A stretch of 64,000 nucleotides of DNA from an uncultured Verrucomicrobiae bacterium (GCA_963812605.1 CAWEWF010000005.1:224001-288000), one strand, 5' to 3'; counted from the stretch's first letter, positions 10,999 through 21,111 are shown. The notes: generated from the sequence alone by a model not told the origin. Program-made: numbers and translations.

Positions 10999-12048
10999 AT
11001 GACACCGTCTCCTTCCAAACCCCGCGTCACATTGTCGGATGTCGCGCGCAAGCTCAACGTCAGCCATACCACGGTTTCCCGCGCGTTGCGCGATGACCGG
11101 CAGATCTCCAAGTCTCTCTGCCAGAGAGTGCAACAGACAGCGGTGGAGATGGGTTATCGGCCCGATGCGATGCTGACCGCCTTGGCGCATTATCGGCGGA
11201 CAAGCAAAGCGATCCCCATTGCAGCCGAGATCGCGTGGATCAACCATTGGCCCGACCGGGAGGAATTGCGTCGCGTTGGGGACTACGATCTCTTCTGGCA
11301 AGGCGCGGCCGCCGAGGCTGATCGGAATGGCTACCGATTGGAAGAATTTCCTTTGGACGAGAGGATGCCGTCTCACCGGCTGGAGGAAATCCTGCTGGCC
11401 CGCAACGTGCCCGGTATCCTGATTCCGCCCTGGTGGCAGGGGAAGTACCCGGACTGGGGCGATTTTCGCTGGGAGAGATTTTGCGTGGTCTGCTTCGGTC
11501 ACACCATCCACGCGCCACGCGTGCATCTGGCTTCCGCCGATCAGTTCTTCGATAGCGTCCTGGCCTACGAGAACATTCGGAAGAACGGTTATCAACGCAT
11601 CGGGATGGTGACGAACGCCGCGGTCGGAAAACGGCTGCGGTTTCTGGCCGGCTACTTGTTCGCGCAGTCACAGGACCTGGCGAGCTTGCGACTTCCTCCG
11701 CTGCTGTTTCCCGGAAATTCAAGCCAGGAGAACCAACCGAAATTGGTCGCCTGGCTAAAGAGAACCAAGCCGGATGCGATCTTCAGCGATCAGGCAGCGC
11801 TGCGCGGCATGCTCGTCAACGCCGGCTACCGTGTGCCCCAGGACATCGGTCTGGCCAGGACCAGTGTGATGGCCGGCAGCGGCGACGCGGGCATTCATCA
11901 AAACTCCGATGAAATCGGCAGGGCCGCGATCCAACTGCTTATCTCACTGATCCATCACAACGAGCGCGGCGTTCCGCGAGTGCGCCGCGAACTTTTGGTC
12001 GAGGGCCAATGGGTAAATGGCAGCACGCTGCCTCCGCGGAACGCCTGA
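10999..12048 (+). CDS. LacI family transcriptional regulator
   Basis: HTH VTLSDVARKLNVSHTTVSRAL...MGYRPDA followed by a periplasmic-binding-like domain (GYRVPQDIG, IGRAAIQLL). Confidence 0.92.
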   Translation: MTPSPSKPRVTLSDVARKLNVSHTTVSRALRDDRQISKSLCQRVQQTAVEMGYRPDAMLTALAHYRRTSKAIPIAAEIAWINHWPDREELRRVGDYDLFWQGAAAEADRNGYRLEEFPLDERMPSHRLEEILLARNVPGILIPPWWQGKYPDWGDFRWERFCVVCFGHTIHAPRVHLASADQFFDSVLAYENIRKNGYQRIGMVTNAAVGKRLRFLAGYLFAQSQDLASLRLPPLLFPGNSSQENQPKLVAWLKRTKPDAIFSDQAALRGMLVNAGYRVPQDIGLARTSVMAGSGDAGIHQNSDEIGRAAIQLLISLIHHNERGVPRVRRELLVEGQWVNGSTLPPRNA

Positions 12049-12218
12049 ACCCAAGCGGGTAGTTTTCTACCATGAGTCATTCCATGACGACGCGACATGC
12101 CCTCTGGCGCGTCGAGAAGTGCATCGGGATGCCGGACGTAAACCGGACAGCCACTAAAGCGGGTTGTTTTGATTTGTCACAGCCCTGCCTCTATGATCAT
12201 TCGTTCCCTGATCATTCG

Positions 12219-12527
12219 TTCCCTTTTTGTGATCTGCATCTGAAAGTTGCATTGCGCCAATACCCGTGCCGCTGGAAGTGCACACAAGTGATCCCGATTG
12301 AGCCGAGATCCATCGGGGAGCACCTGAAACGCCGCAGGCTTGAACTGCACCTTTTTCAGACTGACTTAGCGAAAATCTTTGGTGTCGACGAGGCGACCAT
12401 TCGGAATTGGGAAAAGAATACCTATCAGCCCGGCAAACAGCACATGCCAGCCATCGCAAAATGGCTTGGCTACGACCCTCGGAAGGCTGTTGCGGGGCGT
12501 GCGCCCTCATGTGACTGTGGTCGATAG
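12219..12527 (+). CDS. Small XRE/HTH_3 family protein (copy 1; start uncertain)
   Basis: SIGEHLKRRRLELHLFQTDLAKIFGVDEATIRNWE. Confidence 0.7.
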   Translation, partial: FPFCDLHLKVALRQYPCRWKCTQVIPIEPRSIGEHLKRRRLELHLFQTDLAKIFGVDEATIRNWEKNTYQPGKQHMPAIAKWLGYDPRKAVAGRAPSCDCGR

Positions 12528-12617
12528 GGCCCAGTTGAAGGTTGTTCACCGCGTCGTGAACGCGACTTCGGTGTTGACCCGGGACGCCAGTCAGGTCGGT
12601 TCCCTCCACTTGCCGGT

Positions 12618-12791
12618 TTAAGGCAGGTTCGCGTTGACAGACGACAGGGTGTTGTTGACCTTGCCGCCAAGGCCCTGGAGAACCAGGATCGCCACGACCG
12701 CGATCAACGCCAGTATCAGTGCGTACTCGACCAGACTCTGACCCGATTGCTTCCTCACCACGCGAACAACTTTCTGCAAACGCTTTCTCAT
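12618..12791 (-). CDS. flp: Flp/Fap type IVb pilin (not in the supplied ORF track)
   Basis: Hand translation MRKRLQKVVRVVRKQSG|QSLVEYALILALIAVVAILVLQGLGGKVNNTLSSVNANLP shows the G-XXXX-EY Flp motif and hydrophobic helix. GAGGAG RBS upstream. Confidence 0.9.
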   Translation of the reverse strand: MRKRLQKVVRVVRKQSGQSLVEYALILALIAVVAILVLQGLGGKVNNTLSSVNANLP

Positions 12792-12921
12792 AATCTACAT
12801 CTCTCCTCATCAAAACCGAACCGGTGTTGAGGTTGGCGGCGGGGAGCGCTTCGCCGACTTATCTAGCAACCAGACGGGTTCACCATTTATTCAAAAACAC
12901 TCACTGCCCCAAGCCAACTCG

Positions 12922-13656
12922 TTATTTGCCATGGCCCTTGCCGTTTCCATTGCCACCCGGGTTTCGGTCACCGTGGCCCCGGTCATGCGGCACGAGAACA
13001 CTCACGTCCTCCGATGCTGAGTTGCCGCTCACGTCCGTACAGGTAATTGTGATTGTATAGACCCGCCCATCGCCATTTCCCGACCGCTCCGCGCGCAACA
13101 GCACGTGGTGGGCATCGAGAACTTGCCAGTCTGGACTTGTGTTGCCGTCGCCAGTCCCGTTCACGGCTTCGTTGCTGGCCACGCTCAGGGTGCAATTCGG
13201 TGAAGGGTCGCAGTTATCGGTGTCCGTGTAGTGCACCGTTACCTTGACCATCTTATGATTCGGCGGCCACAGCAAAGTCTTACTGACCCACACATTCGCG
13301 ATCACTGGCGGTTCTGTATCCTCAACCGTGATCGTGAAACTGCAACTGGCCAAATTCGTCGAGGCTTCCGTTATCGTGCAAACCACCTCGTTGGTGCCCA
13401 CCGGAAACATCGAGCCGGAGACGGGGTTACACGTCACAACGTCACTGGCATTCGTACCTGTCACGACCGGCGCGGGGAATTCCACTACTGCCGAGCAGAC
13501 TCCGGGGTCGTTAGAGACTGTCATGTCGGGCGGGCACGTGATGGTGACCTGGGCGACGACAGGAGAGACGAATGTCACCAGCAATCCCAACACAGCCGCC
13601 ACGGCCAGTTGTCCAAACGGTTGTTTGTTTGATAAGAGAGATGTTCTTGAGCGCAC
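12922..13656 (-). CDS. Secreted HYR-domain protein
   Basis: Signal peptide, then ITCPPDMTV..GSMFPVGTNEVVCT..CSFTITVEDTEPP and an LWPPNHKMV..LRAERSG domain. Confidence 0.8.
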   Translation of the reverse strand: MRSRTSLLSNKQPFGQLAVAAVLGLLVTFVSPVVAQVTITCPPDMTVSNDPGVCSAVVEFPAPVVTGTNASDVVTCNPVSGSMFPVGTNEVVCTITEASTNLASCSFTITVEDTEPPVIANVWVSKTLLWPPNHKMVKVTVHYTDTDNCDPSPNCTLSVASNEAVNGTGDGNTSPDWQVLDAHHVLLRAERSGNGDGRVYTITITCTDVSGNSASEDVSVLVPHDRGHGDRNPGGNGNGKGHGK

Positions 13657-13907
13657 GTCGTACCTCCAAAGCGTTGAGCGACTATCGTTCGCTTGTTGCG
13701 GTCACATCGTAGCCGATTCCGTTCGCCTGTCAACCTTTAAACGCTTATTTTTACTGCCTTGTATGGCTGAGTCGATTGGTGGAGACGGCAGCCAACGCCT
13801 CCTGTTTTGTGTAAAAACTCGTCCGCCCAGACGCAATGAGTCTGTGTGGTTCTTTCACATCACCTGTCGTTGATTTCACATAGTCAAGAAACAGGGGTAC
13901 CAACCTC

Positions 13908-14040
13908 CTAGTGCTGTGACACAGTTCATTCGATGGGTAGGGCGCGGTGGCCCACCGCGCCGTGCCGGTGTGGAATAGCGGACGGCCCGGCGAGCCGTCC
14001 CTACCAACGACCCTGCAAATGAAGCATGTCATACCACTAG
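13908..14040. mobile_element. MITE family A copy 1: IS630-like ends enclosing a GTAG REP doublet
   Basis: Terminal inverted repeat CTAGTGCTGTGACA / TGTCATACCACTAG (12/14). Internal GTAGGGCGCGGTGGCCCACCGCGCC and GGACGGCCCGGCGAGCCGTCCCTAC. Near-identical copy at 43120-43248. Confidence 0.8.
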
Positions 14041-14166
14041 AAGTGTTTCTTAGGTGAAATTCGAATTGCGGCCACTTGCTTTTTTGCAAACCGATGGTTT
14101 AATCTCTCGTGGGTCGCAGAGGGATCGAGATTTTCAGTATCATTCTTCCAGATTAAATGGGATCCC

Positions 14167-15168
14167 ATGAGTAGCACGAAAGCATTCAATGGAAATGGGG
14201 TGTTGGTGCGTCCAGTGGGAAGCTGGAGCGCCAAAGAGTTGGGTGCGCGAATGTTTGGGTCGTCCCTGGCAGACGTTTTCAGCACGCCGGCATACGATTG
14301 CAAACTAGTTGGCTCGAACCAAAAGCCGGAGTTCGCCGTGACGCGCCTTCGTTCGGGGCCCAGAGAAATGGAGAAGGCTCCTATTTATCCACCGGATCAG
14401 GCGATCCTGATCTGCGTGGCCTTGACGCCTGCCGCGATTGGTCAGTGGCGAGCCATTTACAACGAAAGAAGCGTTGGCGTCACGCGAGCGATACCGTTCG
14501 CCGCGACATTCATCGATTTGAGTTGCCGCATGGAGATGTGGGTGCGCGGCCCATTCGATTATCTGCATTATTACCTCTCACGGGAACTCCTTGAGCGGAT
14601 CGCGATCGAGAACGCCGTGTCATCGTCGTTTCAACTTCAGGAGGTGTTTTTTGTCGAAGATGTAGTTGTGGCACAAATAACAAAAAACATTCTCTTTTCT
14701 GTCAAACACGGGGAGCCCCTCGATCGGCTGGCGCTCGACCAGATTGCCACGGTGCTGGGCGCCCACACCTTACAGGCGCATTGCGGCGCCACGAAATTCG
14801 CAGTTTCGCCCAGTCGCGGTCTGGAACCGTGGCAAAAGCTCCGAACCGAGGAGATGTTACACGCGCATCTTGAGGGAAATATCACCATTAAGGAACTGGC
14901 CACTGCGTGCTCTCTTTCGGCAAGCCATTTCGGTCGGTGCTTCCGGCGGAGTTTCGGCACCTCCGTCCACCAGCGGTTAATCCAGCTTCGGATCGAGCAC
15001 GCCAAAGAGCTGCTTTCGCGCACCAAAAAAACCTTGGCGGAGATTGCGTTGCTATCCGGCTTCTGCGACCAAGCCGCCTTCAGCCGGACTTTCAGTCGAA
15101 TTGAGCACCTGAGCCCGTCACGGTGGCGCCGTGTGAACAGAGACAGGGCCGAGCGTTTCTCGAAATGA
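14167..15168 (+). CDS. AraC family transcriptional regulator
   Basis: C-terminal double HTH: ELATACSLSASHFGRCFRRSFG...LAEIALLSGFCDQAAFSRTF. Confidence 0.92.
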   Translation: MSSTKAFNGNGVLVRPVGSWSAKELGARMFGSSLADVFSTPAYDCKLVGSNQKPEFAVTRLRSGPREMEKAPIYPPDQAILICVALTPAAIGQWRAIYNERSVGVTRAIPFAATFIDLSCRMEMWVRGPFDYLHYYLSRELLERIAIENAVSSSFQLQEVFFVEDVVVAQITKNILFSVKHGEPLDRLALDQIATVLGAHTLQAHCGATKFAVSPSRGLEPWQKLRTEEMLHAHLEGNITIKELATACSLSASHFGRCFRRSFGTSVHQRLIQLRIEHAKELLSRTKKTLAEIALLSGFCDQAAFSRTFSRIEHLSPSRWRRVNRDRAERFSK

Positions 15169-15207
15169 CGTTTCTGCTCAGTTTTTCCGATTGGATTTAA
15201 CAAATTC

Positions 15208-15233
15208 GGCGCGATTCTCCAAGACGCTTTCCA
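15208..15233 (+). promoter_or_regulatory. Conserved upstream motif copy 1 (candidate AraC-activated promoter)
   Basis: GGCGCGATTCTCCAAGACGCTTTCCA, 25/26 identical to 17035-17060. Both copies precede operon starts. Confidence 0.6.
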
Positions 15234-15275
15234 AATCTTTGGTATAGATGCCGCGGAACAAATAATGAGGATCCC

Positions 15276-16119
15276 ATGGATTCCGATGTTTTGACATCAA
15301 AAGTGGCCGATGGAATCGCGGTCGTCACACTTGGCGGCAAAAAGCGAATTTATTTTGACCAAGAAATGGGCGATGCGCTTACCGATGCGCTGCAAGCCCT
15401 CGCTGGTGACCCTAAAGTTCGTGTTGTTATTGTGACCGGAAGGTGCGCCAGGATATTTCAATCGCCATTTTAGTATTCCTGCACTGATTAAGCTTTCAGA
15501 AGACATTCGCGCTTCCGGCCGCGAATGGCCCGACAATGCGGCATATCATGGGGGATTTTTCGATAAGGCTTTGGCGCTATGCGAGACCATGCCGAAACCG
15601 GTGATCGCCGCCATTTCTGGCACCGCCTTGGCTGGCGCATTCGAGTTCACGCTCGCTTGTGATTTTCGCATCGCTGAAGACGGCGATTACAAAATTGGAT
15701 TGCCAGAATCAAACATCGGCCTGCTTCCCGGCGCCGGTGGCACGCAAAGGCTTCCACGCACCGTTGGAATGCCTGCAGCGCTCGTGCACGTTCTCATGGG
15801 TGAAGCCCTTACTCCGCGTGAAGCCGAAAGGAAGGGGTTCGTGCATGAAACCGTGAAAGGTAAAGCTATTGATCGCGCTATGGAGATTGCGCAGCGATTG
15901 GCCCTACATCCGGCGCAATCACTCGCGTACATCAAGCGTCTCGTTCGCAATGCCACCGAGACGCCGTTGGCCGACGGGTTGGCGCTTGAACGTAACCTTT
16001 TTATGAAATTGGCTGTCTCCGACACCGCGCTCGCCCGTATGCGGGATTATGAGGGTCAGAATATCACCTCACCCTCAAAGTCCATCGAAATTGATGAAAG
16101 AAAGGCCAACCGTGGCTGA
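15276..16119 (+). CDS. Enoyl-CoA hydratase/isomerase family protein (frameshift ~15440)
   Basis: DPKVRVVIVTG, PKPVIAAISGTALAGAFEFTLACDFR and GLPESNIGLLPGAGGTQRLPR, split over two ORFs. Confidence 0.85.
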
Positions 16120-16945
16120 GTCAACCGGGCCTTTACGGGTTATTGAGGAAACGCCTGCCTACTGGCGAGTTGTGTTCGACTACCCGCCTTTCAACATTGT
16201 TGATGGCACCCTATATGAAAGCCTCCAGCAGTTGTTAGGTCGGATGGATTCTAGCTCGGAGTTACGGGTAGTGGTATTCGAGAGCGCTAATCCTGATTTC
16301 TACTTGGCCCATTTCGATTTAACCGGCAAGATCGGAAACATCTTGACGGCGGTAGGGCCTTCTGGCCTCCCAATCCTGATGGACACGTTCGTCCGCCTGA
16401 CCAAGTCACCTGTCGTCAGTATTGCAAAAATACGCGGCTGTGTCCGGGGCGTTAGCAGTGAATTCGTCCTGGCCTGCGATATGCGCTTCGCGTCACGCGA
16501 GAATACGCGGTTGGGCCAGCCCGAAGTCGCGGTCGGGCTGCATCCGGGCGGCGGCGGCACCGAGCGTCTCCCGCATTTGGTCGGTCGTGGCCGCGCGCTC
16601 GAAATCATTGTCGGCGGGAATGACTTCGACGGCGATACCGCGGAGCGGTACGGATACGTTAACCGAGCACTTCCTGACGCTGAGTTAGACAAATTTGTCG
16701 AGACCTTTGCGCGGCGAATTGCTTCCTTCGACCGGCAAGCCGTCGCGGCGGCGAAGAAACTCGTCAATCAAGTATCGTTGCCATCCGCCGACCGGCTCCT
16801 CGACGCGTTGAACTCGTTCCTGACCGCGTTGACGTGGCCAGATTCGCAACAACGAATCGGTGCTTTGTTGAAGCGCGGCCTGCAACGTGATGGCGACTTC
16901 GAGAAGAGGTGGCCCGAGGTGCTCGGCACGCTCCTGAAGTCGTAG
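16112..16945 (+). CDS. Enoyl-CoA hydratase/isomerase family protein
   Basis: SEFVLACDMRFAS..GQPEVAVGLHPGGGGTERLP. Confidence 0.9.
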   Translation: MAESTGPLRVIEETPAYWRVVFDYPPFNIVDGTLYESLQQLLGRMDSSSELRVVVFESANPDFYLAHFDLTGKIGNILTAVGPSGLPILMDTFVRLTKSPVVSIAKIRGCVRGVSSEFVLACDMRFASRENTRLGQPEVAVGLHPGGGGTERLPHLVGRGRALEIIVGGNDFDGDTAERYGYVNRALPDAELDKFVETFARRIASFDRQAVAAAKKLVNQVSLPSADRLLDALNSFLTALTWPDSQQRIGALLKRGLQRDGDFEKRWPEVLGTLLKS

Positions 16946-17034
16946 TCACCCTGGCGCAGCCTGTATAGCGACAGGACAGGAATCCGCTGACATTACGTGC
17001 TTCCAATCGATTTTTGGTCACAAATTACAAAACT

Positions 17035-17060
17035 GGCGCGATTCTCCAAGACGCCTTCCA
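17035..17060 (+). promoter_or_regulatory. Conserved upstream motif copy 2
   Basis: GGCGCGATTCTCCAAGACGCCTTCCA upstream of the isochorismatase-family gene. Confidence 0.6.
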
Positions 17061-17120
17061 GGCCTTCGCTCTACCTTTGGCGCGATGAACAAATCCACGC
17101 AGACCAAACAGGAGGAGGTT

Positions 17121-17747
17121 ATGACGGCTGGTTCAAGGCAGCGCCCTGAACGTCTCACACGCAACAACGCCCTGCTACTTCTGGTCGATCACCAGGTTGG
17201 CTTGTACACGGGCATTCGCGACATCGACATCGTTCAACTCAAGCACAACATCGTTGGTCTGACACGCGCAATGCTCGCGCTCAAAGTGCCCGTGATCGTG
17301 ACCACAACGATGGAGAAAGTGTGGGGACCGCTTGTCCCCGAACTCGCCGAGGTTTTATCCGGCGTGCCGGGCATTGAACGCACTACGGTCAACGCCTGGG
17401 ACGAGAAGCGTTTCGTGGATGCGGTCAAGGCGACTGGGCGCAAGAACCTCATCGTCACGGGTATTTCCACTGATGTGTGTCTCGCGTTCCCGGCCATGGC
17501 GGCCCTTGCCGACGGCTTCCAGAGTCATGCGGTTATCGATGCATCGGGTGGCTTCACTCAGACCCAGGTGGATATGGGAATCCGGCGCATGCAGCACGTT
17601 GGTGTCATTCCCGTGTGCTATTCCAACGTCGCGGTTGAGATTTTGGCCGATAATGCGGCGCCGGAGGCCGAGGCGGTCTACGGCGCGCTCGGCATGCCGT
17701 TCAGTGACCTGGTTTTTGGCCTCCGGCAGTATTTTTCGCGAAGTTAA
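17121..17747 (+). CDS. Isochorismatase/YcaC-like cysteine hydrolase
   Basis: LLLVDHQVGL, VNAWD and GISTDVCLAFPA. GGAGGAGG RBS before ATG 17121. Confidence 0.88.
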   Translation: MTAGSRQRPERLTRNNALLLLVDHQVGLYTGIRDIDIVQLKHNIVGLTRAMLALKVPVIVTTTMEKVWGPLVPELAEVLSGVPGIERTTVNAWDEKRFVDAVKATGRKNLIVTGISTDVCLAFPAMAALADGFQSHAVIDASGGFTQTQVDMGIRRMQHVGVIPVCYSNVAVEILADNAAPEAEAVYGALGMPFSDLVFGLRQYFSRS

Positions 17748-17820
17748 TCCGAAGGTGGGACACGTCTTCAAGGTCCAGTTCTATCGAAACAGAAATGCGT
17801 GAAACCAAAGGAGAGCAAAA

Positions 17821-18615
17821 ATGAAATCGACGAAGATTTACGGGGTTGTAATGCTCATTGCCATGCTGATGGGCGCAACTCTGCTGCTGGAGCGGACTGT
17901 TAGAGTCGCGGTGGCGGCGGCACCAGCCGGCATCAAGAACGTGGTTCTGGTGCATGGAGCATTCGCCGACGGCTCCGGCTGGGAAGCCGTCGCCAAGATC
18001 CTCGAGAAGGATGGCTACACGGTGTCGGTAGCGCAGCCCCCCGAGACCTCCTATGCCGAGGATATCAAGTACACGAAGGCGGCTATCGACGCCATGGACG
18101 GGCCGGTGGTCATCGTCGGCCACAGTTATGGCGGGTCCATCATCACCGAGGCCGGCAACGATCCGAAGGTTTCGGCACTGGTCTACATCGCCGCCTTTGC
18201 GCTCGATGACGGTGATAGCTGTGCGTCGATCGAACAGGCCCTGCCGCAAGCCTCCAAGGCGTTCAAGGCGGACACCAACGGCAACTGGTGGATAGAACCG
18301 GACCATTTCGCGGCCGACTTCGCGGCGGACGTTCCGCCGGCCGTGTCCCACTACATGGCTGTGTCGCAGGTGCCGATCTCCACCGACTCGTTCACCCACA
18401 AGGTCACGTCGCCCGCCTGGAAGACCAAGCCCACCTGGTACATGGTGGCCACCGCAGACCGGTCGATCAATCCGGACCAGGAGCGCATGATGGCGAAGCG
18501 CGCCAATGCCAAGACGATCGAGGTGAATGCCAGCCATGTGGCCTACATGTCTCACCCGAAGGAAACAGCCAAGCTCATTGAAGAGGCTGCCACCTCCGCG
18601 CCCGTGCATCAATAG
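17821..18615 (+). CDS. Secreted alpha/beta hydrolase
   Basis: Signal peptide, VVLVHGAFADGSGW, GHSYGG nucleophile elbow and ASHVAY. Confidence 0.9.
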   Translation: MKSTKIYGVVMLIAMLMGATLLLERTVRVAVAAAPAGIKNVVLVHGAFADGSGWEAVAKILEKDGYTVSVAQPPETSYAEDIKYTKAAIDAMDGPVVIVGHSYGGSIITEAGNDPKVSALVYIAAFALDDGDSCASIEQALPQASKAFKADTNGNWWIEPDHFAADFAADVPPAVSHYMAVSQVPISTDSFTHKVTSPAWKTKPTWYMVATADRSINPDQERMMAKRANAKTIEVNASHVAYMSHPKETAKLIEEAATSAPVHQ

Positions 18616-18755
18616 CCTGTAGTCTCAAGCGAGGGCTTCGTTAGCCAAGCGCCTGGCCGGCATGCTGAAACCGGCTCGCTCGAGACTGGGCCTCCGCCGA
18701 TCCTGACGATATCGGCGGAGGCCCAGATGAAACGTCGTCGTCTGAGGAGAACACG

Positions 18756-19190
18756 ATGAAGGATCGCATCGCCATAGAAGGCCGAGACGGCGCGTTTGGC
18801 GCTTATATCGCGCGACCGAGGACCTTGCCGGCTCCCGCCGTGGTCGTTCTGCACGAGGTGTTCGGGGTGAACGCCGACATTCGCAAGACCTGCGACGAAC
18901 TGGCCGAACAAGGCTTCATTGCGGTCGCGCCCGACCTGTTCTGGCGTCAGGAGCCGGGCGTAGATCTCAGCGTAAACTCCGCGCCGGACTGGCAACACGG
19001 CCTTCGCCTTTCCAAGCCTGCGCAAGCTGAGATCAAGACGGCACTTGCCAGGAAACCAAACGCGACAGTCTACAGTTATCCGGGTCAGCATCACGCCTTC
19101 GCTCGGCATAATGGGGCGCATTACAATGCCGCGGCGGCAGCGCTCGCCAACGGGCGGACAAGCGAATTTCTACATCAACGACAGCGGTGA
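18756..19190 (+). pseudogene. Dienelactone hydrolase family protein with in-frame internal deletion
   Basis: The N-terminus (VVVLHEVFGVN..APDLFWRQ) joins directly to the C-terminus (YSYPGQHHAFAR). The GXCXGG nucleophile region is absent; 144 aa versus about 230 typical. Confidence 0.75.
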
Positions 19191-19280
19191 CCTTCGGTCG
19201 CTCACACCGTTTTGGGCCACGCACTTCGCGCCGGCTGCGGACATCTTCCCAATTGTCCCGGCCTGTCGCACTGACCTCGT

Positions 19281-20210
19281 TCAGAAAGACCTTGTAGGCT
19301 TTGATCTGGCCGCAGTCGCTCCATTGGAAATCTTGCGCAGGATTTCGCAAAACTTTTCCCCGGCGGGTGTCACGTCACCCTTTGTGGCGCGGGCGATGCC
19401 GACGGCGAGCGCTTCCGCCGTGCCGGTGAGTGGGCGGTAGATCAGGCGCTTGCCGGCCACCAGTTTGAAGATAGTGGTTGCCAGAGTGATGCCGCGTCCG
19501 GCTTCCACTTCGGTGATCAACGAACTGGCGCTGTCACATTCCACCGCGATGCGCGGTTTGGTGGGGATGGCGGCGAAGATGCGGTTGAGGCCGTCGTAAG
19601 ATTCTGGATAATCCTTGCGGCGGAGACCGACGAGCGGTTCGGCAGCCAATTGTTCCAACGTGATGGATTTCAGCCGCGCGAAAGGATGCGCGGCGGTCAA
19701 CGCCACGCACAACGGGTAAGTGAGCAGCAGTTCAAACTCGATACCTGCGGTCTGCTCGCCGATGGGCTCGACCATGATTGCGAGTTCCAGCGAAGCGTCT
19801 CGGAGGCCGGTGATGAGTTCATCGCTTGAGAAGTCATGGAGCAACACTTTCACACGAGGCACGGCTTTTTGAAACGCCGTAAGTGCTGGCGGTAGTATCT
19901 CCACCGTGGGAGACGGCGCGTAGCCGACATGCAACTCGCCATATTCGCCGCGAGCCAGAGCGCGGACTTTTTCCACGGATTCATCGGCTCGTTTCAGCAA
20001 TTCGCGCACTTCCTCCAAAAAAAGTTTTCCCTCGGCCGTGAGCGTCACGCCGCGTGGACTGCGGCGCAGCAGATCCACGCCGATTTCATCCTCCAAGTCC
20101 TGTACCTGTCGGCTCAAGGCGGGTTGCGCGACTCGAAGTTGCGCAGCGGCCTTGGTGAAGTTCAAGGCTTCCCCCACGGCTAGAAAATATCGCAAATGCC
20201 GGAGTTCCAT
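19281..20210 (-). CDS. LysR family transcriptional regulator
   Basis: MELRHLRYFLAVGEALNFTKAAAQLRVAQPALSRQ. Confidence 0.95.
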   Translation of the reverse strand: MELRHLRYFLAVGEALNFTKAAAQLRVAQPALSRQVQDLEDEIGVDLLRRSPRGVTLTAEGKLFLEEVRELLKRADESVEKVRALARGEYGELHVGYAPSPTVEILPPALTAFQKAVPRVKVLLHDFSSDELITGLRDASLELAIMVEPIGEQTAGIEFELLLTYPLCVALTAAHPFARLKSITLEQLAAEPLVGLRRKDYPESYDGLNRIFAAIPTKPRIAVECDSASSLITEVEAGRGITLATTIFKLVAGKRLIYRPLTGTAEALAVGIARATKGDVTPAGEKFCEILRKISNGATAARSKPTRSF

Positions 20211-20355
20211 CGCTGAGTTCCATTATGCCAAAAAAGCATGGCTGCGCAAGGAACACGGTATTGGGCCAATTCAAAACAAGGGGGTAAATGATTACGCAGA
20301 TGAACAACTCGTCCGAGCAGACAGCAATGCAGACGCTGAACCGAAAGACAAGATT

Positions 20356-21111
20356 ATGAGCGCAAACATCACGAAAAGACTGGCAGGCAAAGTGGCGCTG
20401 GTCACCGGCGGTTCACGCGGTATCGGCGCGGCCATCGCCAAACGACTCGCCGCCGACGGCGCGGCGGTCGCCCTGACTTACAGCGCGTCACCGGCCCAGG
20501 CGGATGAAGTCGTTCGCTCGATCAAAGCGGCGGGCGGAAAAGCGTTGGCGATCAAAGCGGACACCGCCGACACAGAAGCAGTCCGCCTGGCGATTGCGAA
20601 AACCGTCGGGATCTTCGGGGGCATTGATATTCTCGTGAACAACGCGGGCGTCATTGCCCTCGCGCCGATTGAGCAGTTTTCACTGGAGGATTTTGAGAAG
20701 TTGATCGCCGTCAATGTGCGCGGCTTGTTCGTCGCGACCCAGGAAGCCGCGCGGCATATGCGTGAGGGCGGTCGCATCATTCACATCGGCAGCACCAACA
20801 GCGAGCGCATGCCGTTCGTCGGCGGTTCGGTCTACACACTCACGAAGGGCGCAGTCGCCGGTTTCACGAGGGGACTTGCCCGAGACCTCGGCCCGCGCGG
20901 CATCACGGTTAACAATGTCCAGCCTGGCCCGATTGATACCGACATGAACCCAGCCAACACCGACTTGGCCTGCGACACGGTTCCCTTCACCGCCCTCCAG
21001 CGCTATGGCCAACCGGACGAGATCGCCAGCCTCGTAGCGTTTCTGGCCAGTTCCGAAGCCAGCTACATCACCGAGGCGAGCCTGCTGGCCGATGGAGGTT
21101 ACGCGGCCTGA
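20356..21111 (+). CDS. SDR family oxidoreductase
   Basis: TGGSRGIG, NNAG, YTLTK and VNNVQPGPIDT. Confidence 0.92.
   Translation: MSANITKRLAGKVALVTGGSRGIGAAIAKRLAADGAAVALTYSASPAQADEVVRSIKAAGGKALAIKADTADTEAVRLAIAKTVGIFGGIDILVNNAGVIALAPIEQFSLEDFEKLIAVNVRGLFVATQEAARHMREGGRIIHIGSTNSERMPFVGGSVYTLTKGAVAGFTRGLARDLGPRGITVNNVQPGPIDTDMNPANTDLACDTVPFTALQRYGQPDEIASLVAFLASSEASYITEASLLADGGYAA

Noticed and set aside
12792-12921. c-di-GMP riboswitch or sigma54 promoter upstream of flp
   Set aside because: Neither the GEMM consensus nor GG-N10-GC spacing could be found by eye.
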